Shown in pieces: positions 12,846 through 24,559 of a stretch of DNA of 64,000 nt. The stretch's first letter is position 1. Each line of letters starts with the position of its first letter. The translations under genes and the position numbers were made by a program. The notes beneath the pieces are model-generated. The model was not told where the DNA came from and ran no database searches. It worked only from the letters and a program-made list of their open reading frames with translations. Source of the DNA: Octopus sinensis (Eukaryota); contig NC_043000.1 in assembly GCF_006345805.1 (NCBI RefSeq), forward strand, positions 101,556,001-101,620,000, written 5' to 3'.

Positions 12846-12978
12846 TAGCAATTTCTCTGCTGACTGAAAAGATGATGAACAACCTTAATCAATTTTCAAA
12901 CCTTATTGGGTTCTCATCAGAGGTGTCAACATCATTCTGATAGTCTCCGGAGAAACAAGCAGCCATGTACAGGATCAT

Positions 12979-13109
12979 TGGATCCTGTCAAATCATCCAA
13001 ATCATCCAAATATATATATATATATATATATATGGGGGGGGCGGTATGTGTGCATGTATGATCCTCATCTTTAAGGTCTGGCATAAGTTGGATGATTTGA
13101 CAGGATCCA
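12979..13109. mobile_element. 131-bp MITE-like element with perfect 22-bp terminal inverted repeats
   Basis: TGGATCCTGTCAAATCATCCAA (12979-13000) and TTGGATGATTTGACAGGATCCA (13088-13109); CAT on both flanks. Confidence 0.55.
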
Positions 13110-13325
13110 CATTCAAAATGTGACCGTGTGTGTACTGTTGGTGATTTTTTTTTTCGTCTGTCTTCCCTTCTCTGGATCTTTCCTTCTCCTATGTTTCTGA
13201 CGAAGAGCTCCGCTCAAAACATTAAACCCTCCTTCTTTCCTTCTTTCCTGAGTGTCCAATAATACTATATTTGTTCCACGTCCTCGCGTTGTTGTGTTCT
13301 TTTGTGTTTTCTTGTTTGGATTAAC

Positions 13326-13330
<5 letters not shown>
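13110..13330 (+). mobile_element. Penelope-like terminal fragment with decayed hammerhead motif (13193-13227)
   Basis: GTTT-CTGACGA-AGAGCTCCGCTC-AAAAC-ATT-AAAC; downstream sequence matches the reverse complement of 10135-10235. Confidence 0.6.
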
Positions 13331-13374
<44 letters not shown>

Positions 13375-13979
13375 AAGATACTTACACATGGTGTCATGTG
13401 GTGGGACTGAACTTGTAGCCACATGGCTGGGAAGCAAAGTCCTTAACCGACCACTCATATATTTATATTCCCTTTTTATTTCGATACTAGCACGTGCACA
13501 CACACATAGATAAACCCTATGTTATTTTATATTTGTTTGTTTTACTGTCTCAATTTTTTCTTGATGTCACTTAAAAGCAAGTAAAAATGGAGTTGTTTAA
13601 CAAATCTAATAAAGTTTTTGACTCAGAAGCATACGAAAATTCTCTCTGAAGGAAGAATAAGAGAAAAAATTTTTAAAAAAGCACAGAAAGTGTGTGAAAA
13701 AAACATTGCAATAAATATCAACAACCTAAATACAATATAATACATTTAATTTCTTAAGACACCTACTTACATACATAGATTTGTGTATACATATGTATTT
13801 GTGTGTTTCGGTATACGTGGGTGTGTGTGTATGTAGGATGTATGTATGTGTGTGTCTGTATATATATATATACTGAAAGAGAGAGAGAAGGAGAGAGAGA
13901 TGGACAGATAGGTAGATATACACCACACACATATGTACGCATACATATATACACATACACGCACACACAAATATAAGTG

Positions 13980-13991
13980 TGTGTGTGTGTA

Positions 13992-14030
<39 letters not shown>

Positions 14031-14049
14031 CACATATATATATAATATG

Positions 14050-14130
<81 letters not shown>

Positions 14131-14136
14131 TATGTA

Positions 14137-14175
<39 letters not shown>
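13980..14175. repeat. (TA)n-dominated compound microsatellite
   Basis: Direct inspection. Confidence 0.95.
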
Positions 14176-14176
<1 letters not shown>

Positions 14177-15186
14177 TATGTATATTTCAAAATAATGGTG
14201 AATGGCATGTGCCACAATCAACAGAATGAATATAAAACAGGCACAGGTAAACCTATTTCCTAAGTTAAATTTTAATCTAGTGTCAATGTATTTAGATATT
14301 GCATTGATCCTGGATAAAATGACTGTTGAAATGAATTTATTTTCTGTCTTTCTGTCTTTCTTGTTGAATTTCATACATGTCCCTTGAAAAGAAAGAAAGA
14401 AGTCCAGTTAATCCATTATAACTAAGGTAAAAATTTCAGGAACACATCTATATGCAATTTTGGTATCTGGATGAGTTCCTGAATCTTGTTCTGGATCCTA
14501 CAAGATGTAGGATATTGTGGATTCTAGATCTTGTTCATTTCATCTCAGATAGGATAGGGAGGTTGTGAAAGATGTATGTTAGTTTTATATTTCATAGAAC
14601 TAGAGTAACTCTAAAGATAGTCGACATCATTGTCATTATCATTTCATATCTTTTTCCTATGCTGGCAATATCTTGACAGATTCTCCTTAGTATAGCAACT
14701 TGCATTTATTACCATCTCTTGTCATTGCTTATATGTAGTTTGCTCTTCTTACATCCGCCTACGCTATTCCTGATCCCTCAACATCCAACATTCATCTTCA
14801 CACACACACACACACACACACCTATTCTAATAATCTCTTGTTTGCTGTCGTTTTCATGGTTCATTTTTCGTTGTCACCAATTGCCGAGTGCACCAATTCC
14901 ATTCAGCACATACTTCTCATTACTTCTCATCAATAACATCTGTTATTTTAATACACAGATGTTTTGAAATAAGGAATGTTTCCTATATGTCTCTGTCTCA
15001 AAGTAGATTATTTTCAAATTTCTTACTATCTGTTTCTCTTCCATTTAAATAAACATGACATTTTGTTTTGAGTCTTGCCTCTAGATAATATTTTTTACTG
15101 TCTCCTTTCTTCCAATTCTTTCAAGTCTATCTTTAATTATTTAATCTACTAAACTATTCCACTGTCTTGTTTGTTCACTGCCTGAA

Positions 15187-15276
<90 letters not shown>

Positions 15277-15279
15277 ATG

Positions 15280-15318
<39 letters not shown>

Positions 15319-15377
15319 ATGTGTGTGTATATATATATATATATATACATATACACACACATATATATATGTATACG

Positions 15378-15442
<65 letters not shown>

Positions 15443-15560
15443 TATATATATATATATATATGTATATGTATATATATATGCATATATTATCATATATATA
15501 CTCACACACACGTACCCAAAGACGTACATTCACACACACAAACACACACACACACACTCA
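15187..15560. repeat. (TA)n/(TG)n/(TATG)n/(CA)n compound microsatellite
   Basis: Direct inspection. Confidence 0.95.
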
Positions 15561-16558
15561 TTAGTTGCGTCTAGGAAATACTCTTCTGTTAGCTAAGCTA
15601 TTGAAGTTTGTTTTATGTCAACGGCAGGATCATACACAAGCATTCCAAAAACCCTAAGACATTTTTCTTATTTTCAACCTGAGCCCCTACATAGTATATG
15701 AATGTAAGTTGAATTTTTAATTATAGAAGGTACACTTTGGCAGAAGAAAACCAACCAGAGGCAGGGAAGTCATACACCTCAGTTCAACATCACTACCTGT
15801 CTGATATACAATTTTTGTAGCTTCTGTTGCAAGCCTCTTGAAAAGATTTTACTGTAAACTTCTGGGCAACTCTCCCTCCTCTTCTCCAATCTCTGATACA
15901 ATCTAGATGCCATACATTACTTCTTACAAATTGATAGAATCTTGTTCAAAAATTTTTAACGCAAAACCCCAGTCTAGCAATGATTCTGTTACAGAACAGA
16001 AATGAATGCTTTTGTGTTGATGATACGAGAGTGTCCAGATTATCTTCACAATTTCAGCTGGTTATACTCGAGATTGCTCCAATCTGGCCAGCCCCAAGGA
16101 AAAACTTGGAAGAACTGGCCAGTCCCAAGGAAAAACTTAGAAGAAAGGAGCAAATGTATACAAAAAGAAAGATGGAAGAAAAAAGGAAGAGACAATCACA
16201 TACAAACACACTCACAAACCACATACACACACACACACTCACAAGTGTGTGTGTGTATGAGTGTGTGTATGTGTGTGACTGTGTGTGTGTGTGTGTATGT
16301 GTGTGACTGTGTGTGTGTGTGTGCGTGTGTAAGAAAATAAAATGCCAAAGGTATAAACACTTATATTATGAACAAAGGATTTTTTTTTGTCATTGCATTT
16401 TCTTATTAGCACTCTATACTCATCTAACATTTCATTCTGAAGCACCTACTATTCATCAATACCTTCTACCACTACAAATATCCTCTCCTCCTGCCAATAT
16501 CCCTCACCTCTACAAACACCCCTTTACCCCCACAATATATATATATATATATATATAT

Positions 16559-17046
16559 ATAGTGTAATAAATAAAATATATGCATACATACATGCATACA
16601 TATATGTTCGTACCTACATCTACATGTATATATACATGCATATATAAATATATATACGTGAGTACAGGACACCACAAATAGACGCAGAACTCAACGAAAA
16701 CGTAAAAACAAGCATGGAATGAACCTTTTTTTAACAAAGAAAAAACAGAGTACTAGACAAACTACACAAGGAAAAATCCCCTTCATCAGCTGTCCCTAGT
16801 TTAACTCCAGCGTGTTTCGAAGGTGAGGGGATTTTTCCTTGTGTAGTTTGTCTAGTACTCTGTTTTTTCTTTGTAAAAAAAGGTTCGTTCCATGCTTGAA
16901 CGTTTTCGTTCTCGTTGAGTTCTGCGTATATTTGTGGTGTCATGTACTCACGTATATATATTTATATATGCATATATATATACATGTAGATGTAGGTACG
17001 TACATATATGTATGTATGTATGCATATATTTTATTTATTTCACTAT
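16559..17046. repeat. Long inverted repeat (about 220-bp arms, 46-bp spacer), probably Penelope-like terminus derived
   Basis: Left arm 16559-16780 is the reverse complement of 16827-17046 with few mismatches or indels (e.g. AAAAAACAGAGTACTAGACAAACTACACAAGGAAAAATCCC is exact). Confidence 0.9.
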
Positions 17047-17136
17047 TGTATGACTGAGCGCCTTCACGTGGATTTGATTCGATTCGTTCCATTTCGTTTC
17101 GTTTCTTCTTCTTCTCCCAGTACAGTTTATATATAT

Positions 17137-17200
<64 letters not shown>

Positions 17201-17657
17201 ATATATTATATCTCTTATTATAAAAGGCAGATTTTATCTGCCTCCCTTTGGGAGTTATACAAATCTACAATATAGGATTTCTTCAATTACAATTTGCCTA
17301 ATATTTTTTAGAGTACAATGCATCGCGTCATGCCAGGTCCAGTTTTTAAAATTTAAACTCCAATTAAGCAAAATTTACAGAAAACTCACATTCTGGTGTG
17401 TGTGTCAAATGCTTTTCTTAGTCTGGTTTACACCACACGCAAACGCACACACACAGTGGGCAACGAATAAAATGAAAGTAAATAGCAACAGAGTGATTTG
17501 AGGAAGACTAAAGTGAAAGTATTCTGTCTATGACGCTGAAAGATACATGAGTAAAATGTATGGGAAGCTAAGAGCTAAGAGTGAGTGAAAATGTTCTTGG
17601 AAGAGAGTAATTAGTAATAAAGTAAACATACATACATACATACATACATACATACAT

Positions 17658-17688
<31 letters not shown>

Positions 17689-17911
17689 TACACACACACA
17701 TACATACACACACACATACATACACACATACATACATACATACATATACCTACATACATACATATACATACATACATACACACACACACATACACACACA
17801 CGCAGTATTGAAGCTTGAGAACAATCAGATACATTTGCAACACATCTGTTGAAAATATTATTGTTCACACACATACATATACATATATACATACAGACAG
17901 ACAGACAGATA

Positions 17912-17955
<44 letters not shown>

Positions 17956-18002
17956 ATCCAGCATGGCCACAACCTCAAGGCTGAAACATATAAAAGAATA
18001 AC

Positions 18003-18365
18003 AGAATATAAATGTGTGCAAAGTACAAGAAATATTAATGCAGTATATGGGGATTGGACAATAAGCGTAAGGCAGTGTCAATGGTGGTTCCAGAAATCCC
18101 GAGCCATAAACTACAGCCTAGAAGACGAGCCTCATCCTGAAAGATCTGTAGAACTCGACAAGGACATCCTGAAAACCCTGGTGGAACAAAATATCATCGT
18201 AACTGTTGAGGAACTAGCAGAGAAGCTTGGATTTGGTCATTCAACCATTCATTGACACCTGTGTGCTATCGGAAAATTCAGCAAATTGGGTCAATGGGTT
18301 CCTCACGAACTTTCCGAGTCTAATTGCATGCAGAGAGTGAATGTATGCTTTTCTTTGCTGTCATA
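18003..18365 (+). pseudogene. Mariner transposase N-terminal fragment (same family as 1360-2622)
   Basis: STRNINAVYGDWTISVRQCQWWFQK...VEELAEKLGFGHSTIH*HL...LGQWVPHELS; WVPHEL is diagnostic for mariner. Confidence 0.9.
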
Positions 18366-18390
18366 TCTCACCACTACTGCGCTATGTATA

Positions 18391-19026
18391 TCTATATATA
18401 TAAAACTGTAGTTGTGTGAGTGTCTGTCCCCTTCGATTTAGATTCCTAACTACTCCCACATTTTGCGGTACAGTTTAACCAATTCGGGTAGCTTATAGTC
18501 GTGATTCATATCGAGCCTGTCTGAATATTAGCGCGCGTCTACGATGAGTCTACGATTTTAAAAATAATTTAACATCATTTTTTATTCCATTTTAATGCAT
18601 AATTTTTCGTGTGTCGATGGCGGCGGAGTTGGCGTCCACGCTCACACCTGCACCTGTGGGGAAGGGAGTGTAAGGAAATCAACGTCGTAATGCGTTGTCA
18701 AGGAGACCAGTGTTCATTTAGAACAACGACTTCATGGCTTGAAGACACCAAAACAGAAATGGCTAAGAAAGCGTCTACATGAGTCTACGATTTAAAAAAA
18801 AATTTACCATCGTTTTTTTTCCATTTTAATGCATTTTTTCGCTATTATATAAGGGAAGTAACTCTCTAAAAATGTCTACGATGAGTCAACGATTTAAAAA
18901 AAAATTTACCATCATATTTTTTCCATTTTTAATGCATTTTTTGCTATCTTTTGGCTATAACTCTCTAAAAATGCTTATATAGTTATTTCCCTTACAAACC
19001 CGAGCAACGCCGGGCGATACTGCTAG
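18391..19026 (+). mobile_element. Non-autonomous Helitron family B
   Basis: A|TCTATATATATAAAAC 5' end; internal GTCTACGATGAGTCTACGATTT subrepeats; 3' hairpin plus CTAG. Confidence 0.85.
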
Positions 19027-19344
19027 TCTCTTATTATAAAAGGCAGATTTTATCTGCCTCCCTTTGGGAGTTATACAAATCTACAATATAGGATTTCTTC
19101 AATTACAATTTACCTAGCAATTTTAAGAGTACAATGCATCGCGTCATGCCAGGTCCAGTTTTTAAAATTTAAACTCCAATTAAGCAAAATTTACAGAAAA
19201 CTCACATTCTGGTGTGTGTGTCAAATGCTTTTCTTAGTCTGGTTTACACCACACGCAAACGCACACACACACAAAGGGAGCGAATTGTTTCACTGATGCT
19301 ATCACCCTTCTCCTCCTTTGTCTTTGCAAGTTGGCAGCTATTAA

Positions 19345-19655
19345 AGTGAAAACAGTGAATCCGACAGCGATAAAGAAAACGAATTGGTACCTGAATGGAG
19401 TGAAAATTTAAAAACTGTTTCTTTCGGTGAGTTTTCTGAAGAAACTGGACCAAGCCACAGACTTTCCCAGAAGAGTAAAGCCTTAGACTATTTCTATTTA
19501 CTTTTTCGAATGAGCCTATTTGAAATCATTACGCTAAACGTAAACAAACCGAAAGAAAGGATAGTTTGTTATTTCCCACAATCTTAAATGAAATTAAGGC
19601 CTATTTTGCCATAAATATTATTATGGGTATCAGAAAGTTACCCAGAATAACAAAT
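19345..19655 (+). pseudogene. Captured piggyBac (PGBD4-like, DDE_Tnp_1_7) transposase N-terminal fragment, frameshifted
   Basis: ENSESDSDKENELVPEWSENLK...ETGPS...LDYFYLLF; 19-bp deletion between TTACG direct repeats relative to the unit 3 copy. Confidence 0.75.
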
Positions 19656-20002
19656 TCTATTGTAAAATTTTGTTGTATACCCAATTGAATATTAGCTAAT
19701 AACCCATTTTCTATAGCGATGTTTGAACAAAATTTTAATAATTTTACAGAAAGTTACCCAGAATAACAAATTCTATCGTAAAATTTTGTTGTATACCCAA
19801 TTGAATATTAGCTAATAACCCATTTTCTATAGCGATGTTTGAACAAAATTTTAATAATTTTACAGAAAGTTACCCAGAATAACAAATTCTATCGTAAAAT
19901 TTTGTTGTATACCCAATTGAATATTAGCTAATAACCCATTTTCTATAGCGATGTTTGAACAAAATTTTAATAATTTTACAGAAAGTTACCCAGAATAACA
20001 AA
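19631..20002 (+). repeat. 116-bp tandem repeat, 3 full copies plus a 24-bp partial
   Basis: CAGAAAGTTACCCAGAATAACAAA starts at 19631, 19747, 19863 and 19979. Confidence 0.97.
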
Positions 20003-20629
20003 CGAGCCCTTCTGGGTATTAGCGCGCGTCTACGATGAGTCTACGATTTAAAAAAAAATTACCATCATATTTTTTCCATTTTAATGCATTTTTTTCGCTT
20101 TTATATAAGGGAAGTAACTCTCTAAAAATATCTACGATGTGTCAACGATTTAAAGAAAAATTTACCTTAATTTTTTTTCAATTTTTAATGCATTTTTTGG
20201 CTACTTTTTGGCTATAACTCTCTAAAAATGCTTATATAGTTATTTCCCTTACAAACCCGAGCAACGCCGGGCAATACTGCTAGTCTTATTATAAAAGGCA
20301 GATTTTATCTGCCTCCCTTTGGGAGTTATACAAATCTACAATATAGGATTTCTTCAATTACAATTTACCTAGCATTTTTAAGAGTACAATGCATCGCGTC
20401 ATGCCAGGTCCAGTTTTTAAAATTTAAACTCCAATTAAGCAAAATTTACAGAAAACTCACATTCTGGTGTGTGTGTCAAATGTTTTTCTTAATGTGGTTT
20501 ACACCACACGCAAACGCACACACACACAAAGGGAGCGAATTGTTTCACTGACGCTATCACCCTTCTCCTCCTTTGTCTTTGCAAGTTGGCAGCTATTAAA
20601 GTGAAAACAGTGAATCCGACAGCGATTAA

Positions 20630-20930
20630 GAACACGAATTAGCACCTGAATGGAGTGAAAATTTAAAAACTGTTCCTTTCGGTGATTTTTCTGAAGAAAC
20701 TGGACCAAGCCACAGACTTTCCCAGAAGAGTAAAGCCTTAGACTATTTCTATTTACTTTTTAGAATGAGCCCATTTAAAATCATTACGGCAGAAACGAAA
20801 CGTTACGCTAAACGTAAACAAAACGAAAGAAACGATAGTTTGTTATTTCCCACAACCTTAAATGAAATTAAGGCCTATTTTGCCATAAATATTATTATGG
20901 GTATCAGAAAGTTACCCAGAATAACAAATT
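20630..20930 (+). pseudogene. Captured piggyBac transposase fragment (about 100 aa open frame)
   Basis: EWSENLKTVPFGDFSEETGPS...LDYFYLLF...IITAETKRYA...FPTTLNEIKAYFAINIIMGIRKLPR matches the piggyBac pattern F..TGP..YF.LF..ETNRYA..T..E.KAF....MGI.KLP. Confidence 0.82.
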
Positions 20931-21600
20931 CTATCGTAAAATTTCGTTGTATACCCAATTGAATATTAGCTAATAACCCATTTTCTATAGCGATGTTTCA
21001 ACAAAATTTTAATAATTTTACAGAAAGTTACCCAGAATAACAAATTCTATTGTAAAATTTTGTTGTATACCCAATTGAATATTAGCTAATAACCCATTTT
21101 CTATAGCGATGTTTGAACAAAATTTTAATAATTTTACAGAAAGTTACCCAGAATAACAAATTCTATTGTAAAATTTTGTTGTATACCCAATTGAATATTA
21201 GCTAATAACCCATTTTCTATAGCGATGTTTGAACAAAATTTTAATAATTTTACAGAAAGTTACCCAGAATAACAAATTCTATCGTAAAATTTTGTTGTAT
21301 ACCCAATTGAATATTAGCTAATAACCCATTTTCTCTAGCGATGTTTGAACAAAATTTTAATAATTTTACAGAAAGTTACCCAGAATAACAAATTCTATCG
21401 TAAAATTTTGTTGTATACCCAATTGAATATTAGCTAATAACCCATTTTCTATAGCGATGTTTGAACAAAATTTTAATAATTTTACAGAAAGTTACCCAGA
21501 ATAACAAATTCTATCGTAAAAGTTTGTGGTATACCCAATTGAATATTAGCTAATAACCCATTTTCTATAGCGATGTTTGAACAAAATTTTAATAATTTTA
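20905..21600 (+). repeat. 116-bp tandem repeat, 6 copies
   Basis: Units start at 20905, 21021, 21137, 21253, 21369 and 21485; near-identical. Confidence 0.98.
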
Positions 21601-21943
21601 TATATTGTTGAATTTACCTGTATCTACCTGCAATTAGAGTCACATTGTGACAAAAATTATAGTATAGAATTGGTTGAGGACATTTCATTAAATTATCTTC
21701 CAAAAATCACATTAATATATTGATAAATAAAAAAGTTATAGTTTAATGAAACCAGACTAAATTTATGATTACGTTAGAAATTAATTGAAACACATAAGGG
21801 GTGTATTTTGGTCAGAAATATAGTAACGAAAGGATTAAGAAAAACCAAAAAATATTTTATTCTTTTTAAATGTTGTATTCAAAATATTTTCTTTTAAGAA
21901 TGCGTATATAACAAAGTATGTGTATATAACTACGTGGCTTATA

Positions 21944-22339
21944 TCTTTATATATAAGAGTGAAGTTGTGTGTCTGTCTCCTACGATTTAGATTCCTAACT
22001 ACTCCCACATTTTGCGGTGCAGTGTAACCAAAACCGGGTATCTTATAGTCGTGATTCATATCGAGCCCTTCTGGGTATTAGCGCGCGTCTACGATGAGTC
22101 TACAATTTTAAAAAATTTACCATATTTTTCCATTTTAATGCATTTTTTTCGCTATTATATAAGGGAAGTAACTCTCTAAAAATATCTACGATGTGTCAAC
22201 GATTTAAAAAGAAATTTACCTTAATTTTTTGTTTCCATTTTTTATGCATTTTTTTGCTATTTTTTGGCTATAACTCTCTAAAAATGCTTATATAGTTATT
22301 TCCCTTACAAACCCGAGCAACGCCGGGCGATACTGCTAG
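21944..22339 (+). mobile_element. Non-autonomous Helitron family B
   Basis: A|TCTTTATATATAAGAG 5' end; same body and 3' hairpin plus CTAG|T as 18391-19026. Confidence 0.87.
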
Positions 22340-22381
<42 letters not shown>

Positions 22382-22687
22382 TATACATACATATGTGTAT
22401 GCATGTTTATATTTTTGTCATTCTTCTCTTTCTTGCATTCATTTACTTCTTTGTAGTCTTTTGTTCTCAGTCTTTATCTTTCTGTTCTTCCCTTTTATTT
22501 CCTTCATTTTCATCTTGTATATATCTATATTTTACACACACAGACATGTGTGCGCACACACACACACACACACATTTACGCATCACTTGTTACTTATGCC
22601 TTCCCCAATCTCTTTTGTTACCTACGGAAGAATATCCATAAACAGGTGTTTGTAACTCAGGCCATCCTCTCCAACTGTAACACCACT

Positions 22688-22923
22688 ACCTATTTCTTTA
22701 TTACCCACAAGGGGCTGAACATGGAGGGGACAAACATGGACAGACATAGGTATTAAGTCGATTATATCGACCCCAGTGCTTAACTGGTACTTAATTCATC
22801 GACCCCGAAAGGATGAAAGGCAAAGTCGACCTCGGCGGAATTTGAACTCACAACGTAACGGCAGACGAAATACCGCTAAGCATTTCGCCCAACATGCTAA
22901 TGATTCTGCTAGCTCGCCGCCTT
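22688..22923 (-). mobile_element. SINE family A, young full-length copy
   Basis: Close reverse complement of 863-1096; CpGs retained. Confidence 0.88.
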
Positions 22924-23049
22924 TAACACCACTACCATCACACCCAACCTTCCTTTAACAAGAAAAATTATCAGAACAAAGAGGACTGTTCATCAAAAAC
23001 TCATTAATCATTTTTTACAGATGTTTTTAGTCATTTAACACTCCTAAAA

Positions 23050-23895
23050 CTTCTGCTCCTGGTCAATGCCCTCTACTCCACCCTCTGATGCCCTCTACTC
23101 ACACCCTCTGATCCTACCAATAACCCCTTCCCCACGCCCAAATCCTCTACACCTTCCCTATAGCACCCTCTGCTCATCAATGTCTTCTCCTACCAACACT
23201 CTCTGCCCCTCACCAACACTCTCTACCCTCCACTAACACTCCTTACTCCCACCAACACCTCCACTCCTTCAATACTCTCAACAACACCATCTACCCTACC
23301 AACATCCTGTACTCCTTATTAATACCTTCTGCTCCCATTAATACTGCCCTGCCCCCACTAACACCCTCTACCACCACCAATATCCTCTTCTCCCACCGAT
23401 ACCATCTAACCTACCAACACCCACTACTTCCACCAACACCTACCCTACCAGCACCCTCTACCCTACTAGAACCTACTCTTTGTCAATACCTTCTACCAGC
23501 ACCAATATCCTCTGCTCCCACCAATATTCCCTTCAATCCACCAACACCCCTTTACCCCCCACAATACTCTCTATTCCACTCACACCTCCTACCCCATCAG
23601 TATCCCCTACCTTAACAAACACCCACTGCCTACACCAATACTCCTACCCCATCAATACCTCCTACCCCAACCAATATCCCCTATCCTAACAAACACCCCT
23701 ACCCCACCAACACTCCATACTACCACAACTCTCTCTACTCCTACTGATACCTCCTACCCCAACCACAAACCCTCTTACCTCCACCAAAAACCTCTACTCC
23801 CACCAACACCCTCAACCCTCACCTCCATACACTATCTCCACCAAATACCTTCTGCCTCCATTAATCAACACCCTCTACTCCAACCCAGCACACAC
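23050..23895. repeat. Degenerate C-rich minisatellite (CCCTCTACTCCCACCAACA-like, about 18-21-bp unit)
   Basis: Recurrent CCACCAACAC/CCCTCTACT motifs; plus strand is almost G-free. Confidence 0.75.
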
Positions 23896-24559
23896 ATAGA
23901 CAATGCAAATTTATGTGAATACCCAAAATTAGATTTTGTAATCTGCTATTATTAATTAGAATGATAAATAACAACCTTAATTTTATTTATTTATTATCTT
24001 CCTATCCTTATATATATGTATATTGTTCATTAGTCTTTTCATTAATTGCAATGCAATGATGAAAATTAATGAAATATTTAGAATTTATCATCATCATTGT
24101 CATCATAACATCACCATATTCCTCATTATCATCTTAATATCAGCTTTCCCATGATTGCATGGGTTGGACAGAATTTGCTGAGGTGAGTGTTTTATAGCTG
24201 GATGCCCTTCCTGTCACTAACCCTCCACCCGTTTCCAAGCAAGGAAATATGAAGGGTCCCATTTGCCTGATGATGGCACTCATTACGTTTATATGAATGC
24301 TCGTCTTGTTTCATGCTATCATGATTTTCCGGTGAGAACTGTTACAACTCTGTATTTATATTGTTTGGTGTGTGTGTTTGTGTATGTTCATGTGTGTGTG
24401 TGTGTGTGTGTGTGTGTGGTCTAGTGCTTGAAACATTGTTTTCATAGAAGAATGGAAACGAAGGGTACCACTTGCCTGATAATGGCACTCATTTACAACT
24501 ACCACCTAAAGTCAAACCAAGTGGACAGTAACACACACATGACAAGCTTCTTTCAGTTT

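Larger units (their letters stand above)
17211..19026 (+). mobile_element. Composite Helitron unit 1 (A-type 5' end ... B-type body and 3' end)
   Basis: A|TCTCTTATTATAAAAGGCAG at 17211; 3' hairpin CCCG-AGCAACGC-CGGG then CTAG at 19023-19026; unity of the whole span is inferred. Confidence 0.6.
19027..20283 (+). mobile_element. Composite Helitron unit 2 (internally deleted relative to unit 3)
   Basis: Starts TCTCTTATTATAAAAGG directly after CTAG; ends CCCGAGCAACGCCGGGCAATACTGCTAG at 20283; jumps from the 116-bp repeat into the B body at 20002/20003. Confidence 0.85.
20284..22339 (+). mobile_element. Composite Helitron unit 3 (A end + piggyBac fragment + 6x116 bp + nested full B element)
   Basis: TC at 20284 directly after CTAG; ends at CTAG 22336-22339 followed by T. 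Confidence 0.85.

Noticed and set aside
19631-21600. 116-bp arrays as CRISPR-like repeat-spacer arrays
   Set aside because: The units are contiguous near-identical copies with no unique spacers, no cas genes, and a eukaryotic context.
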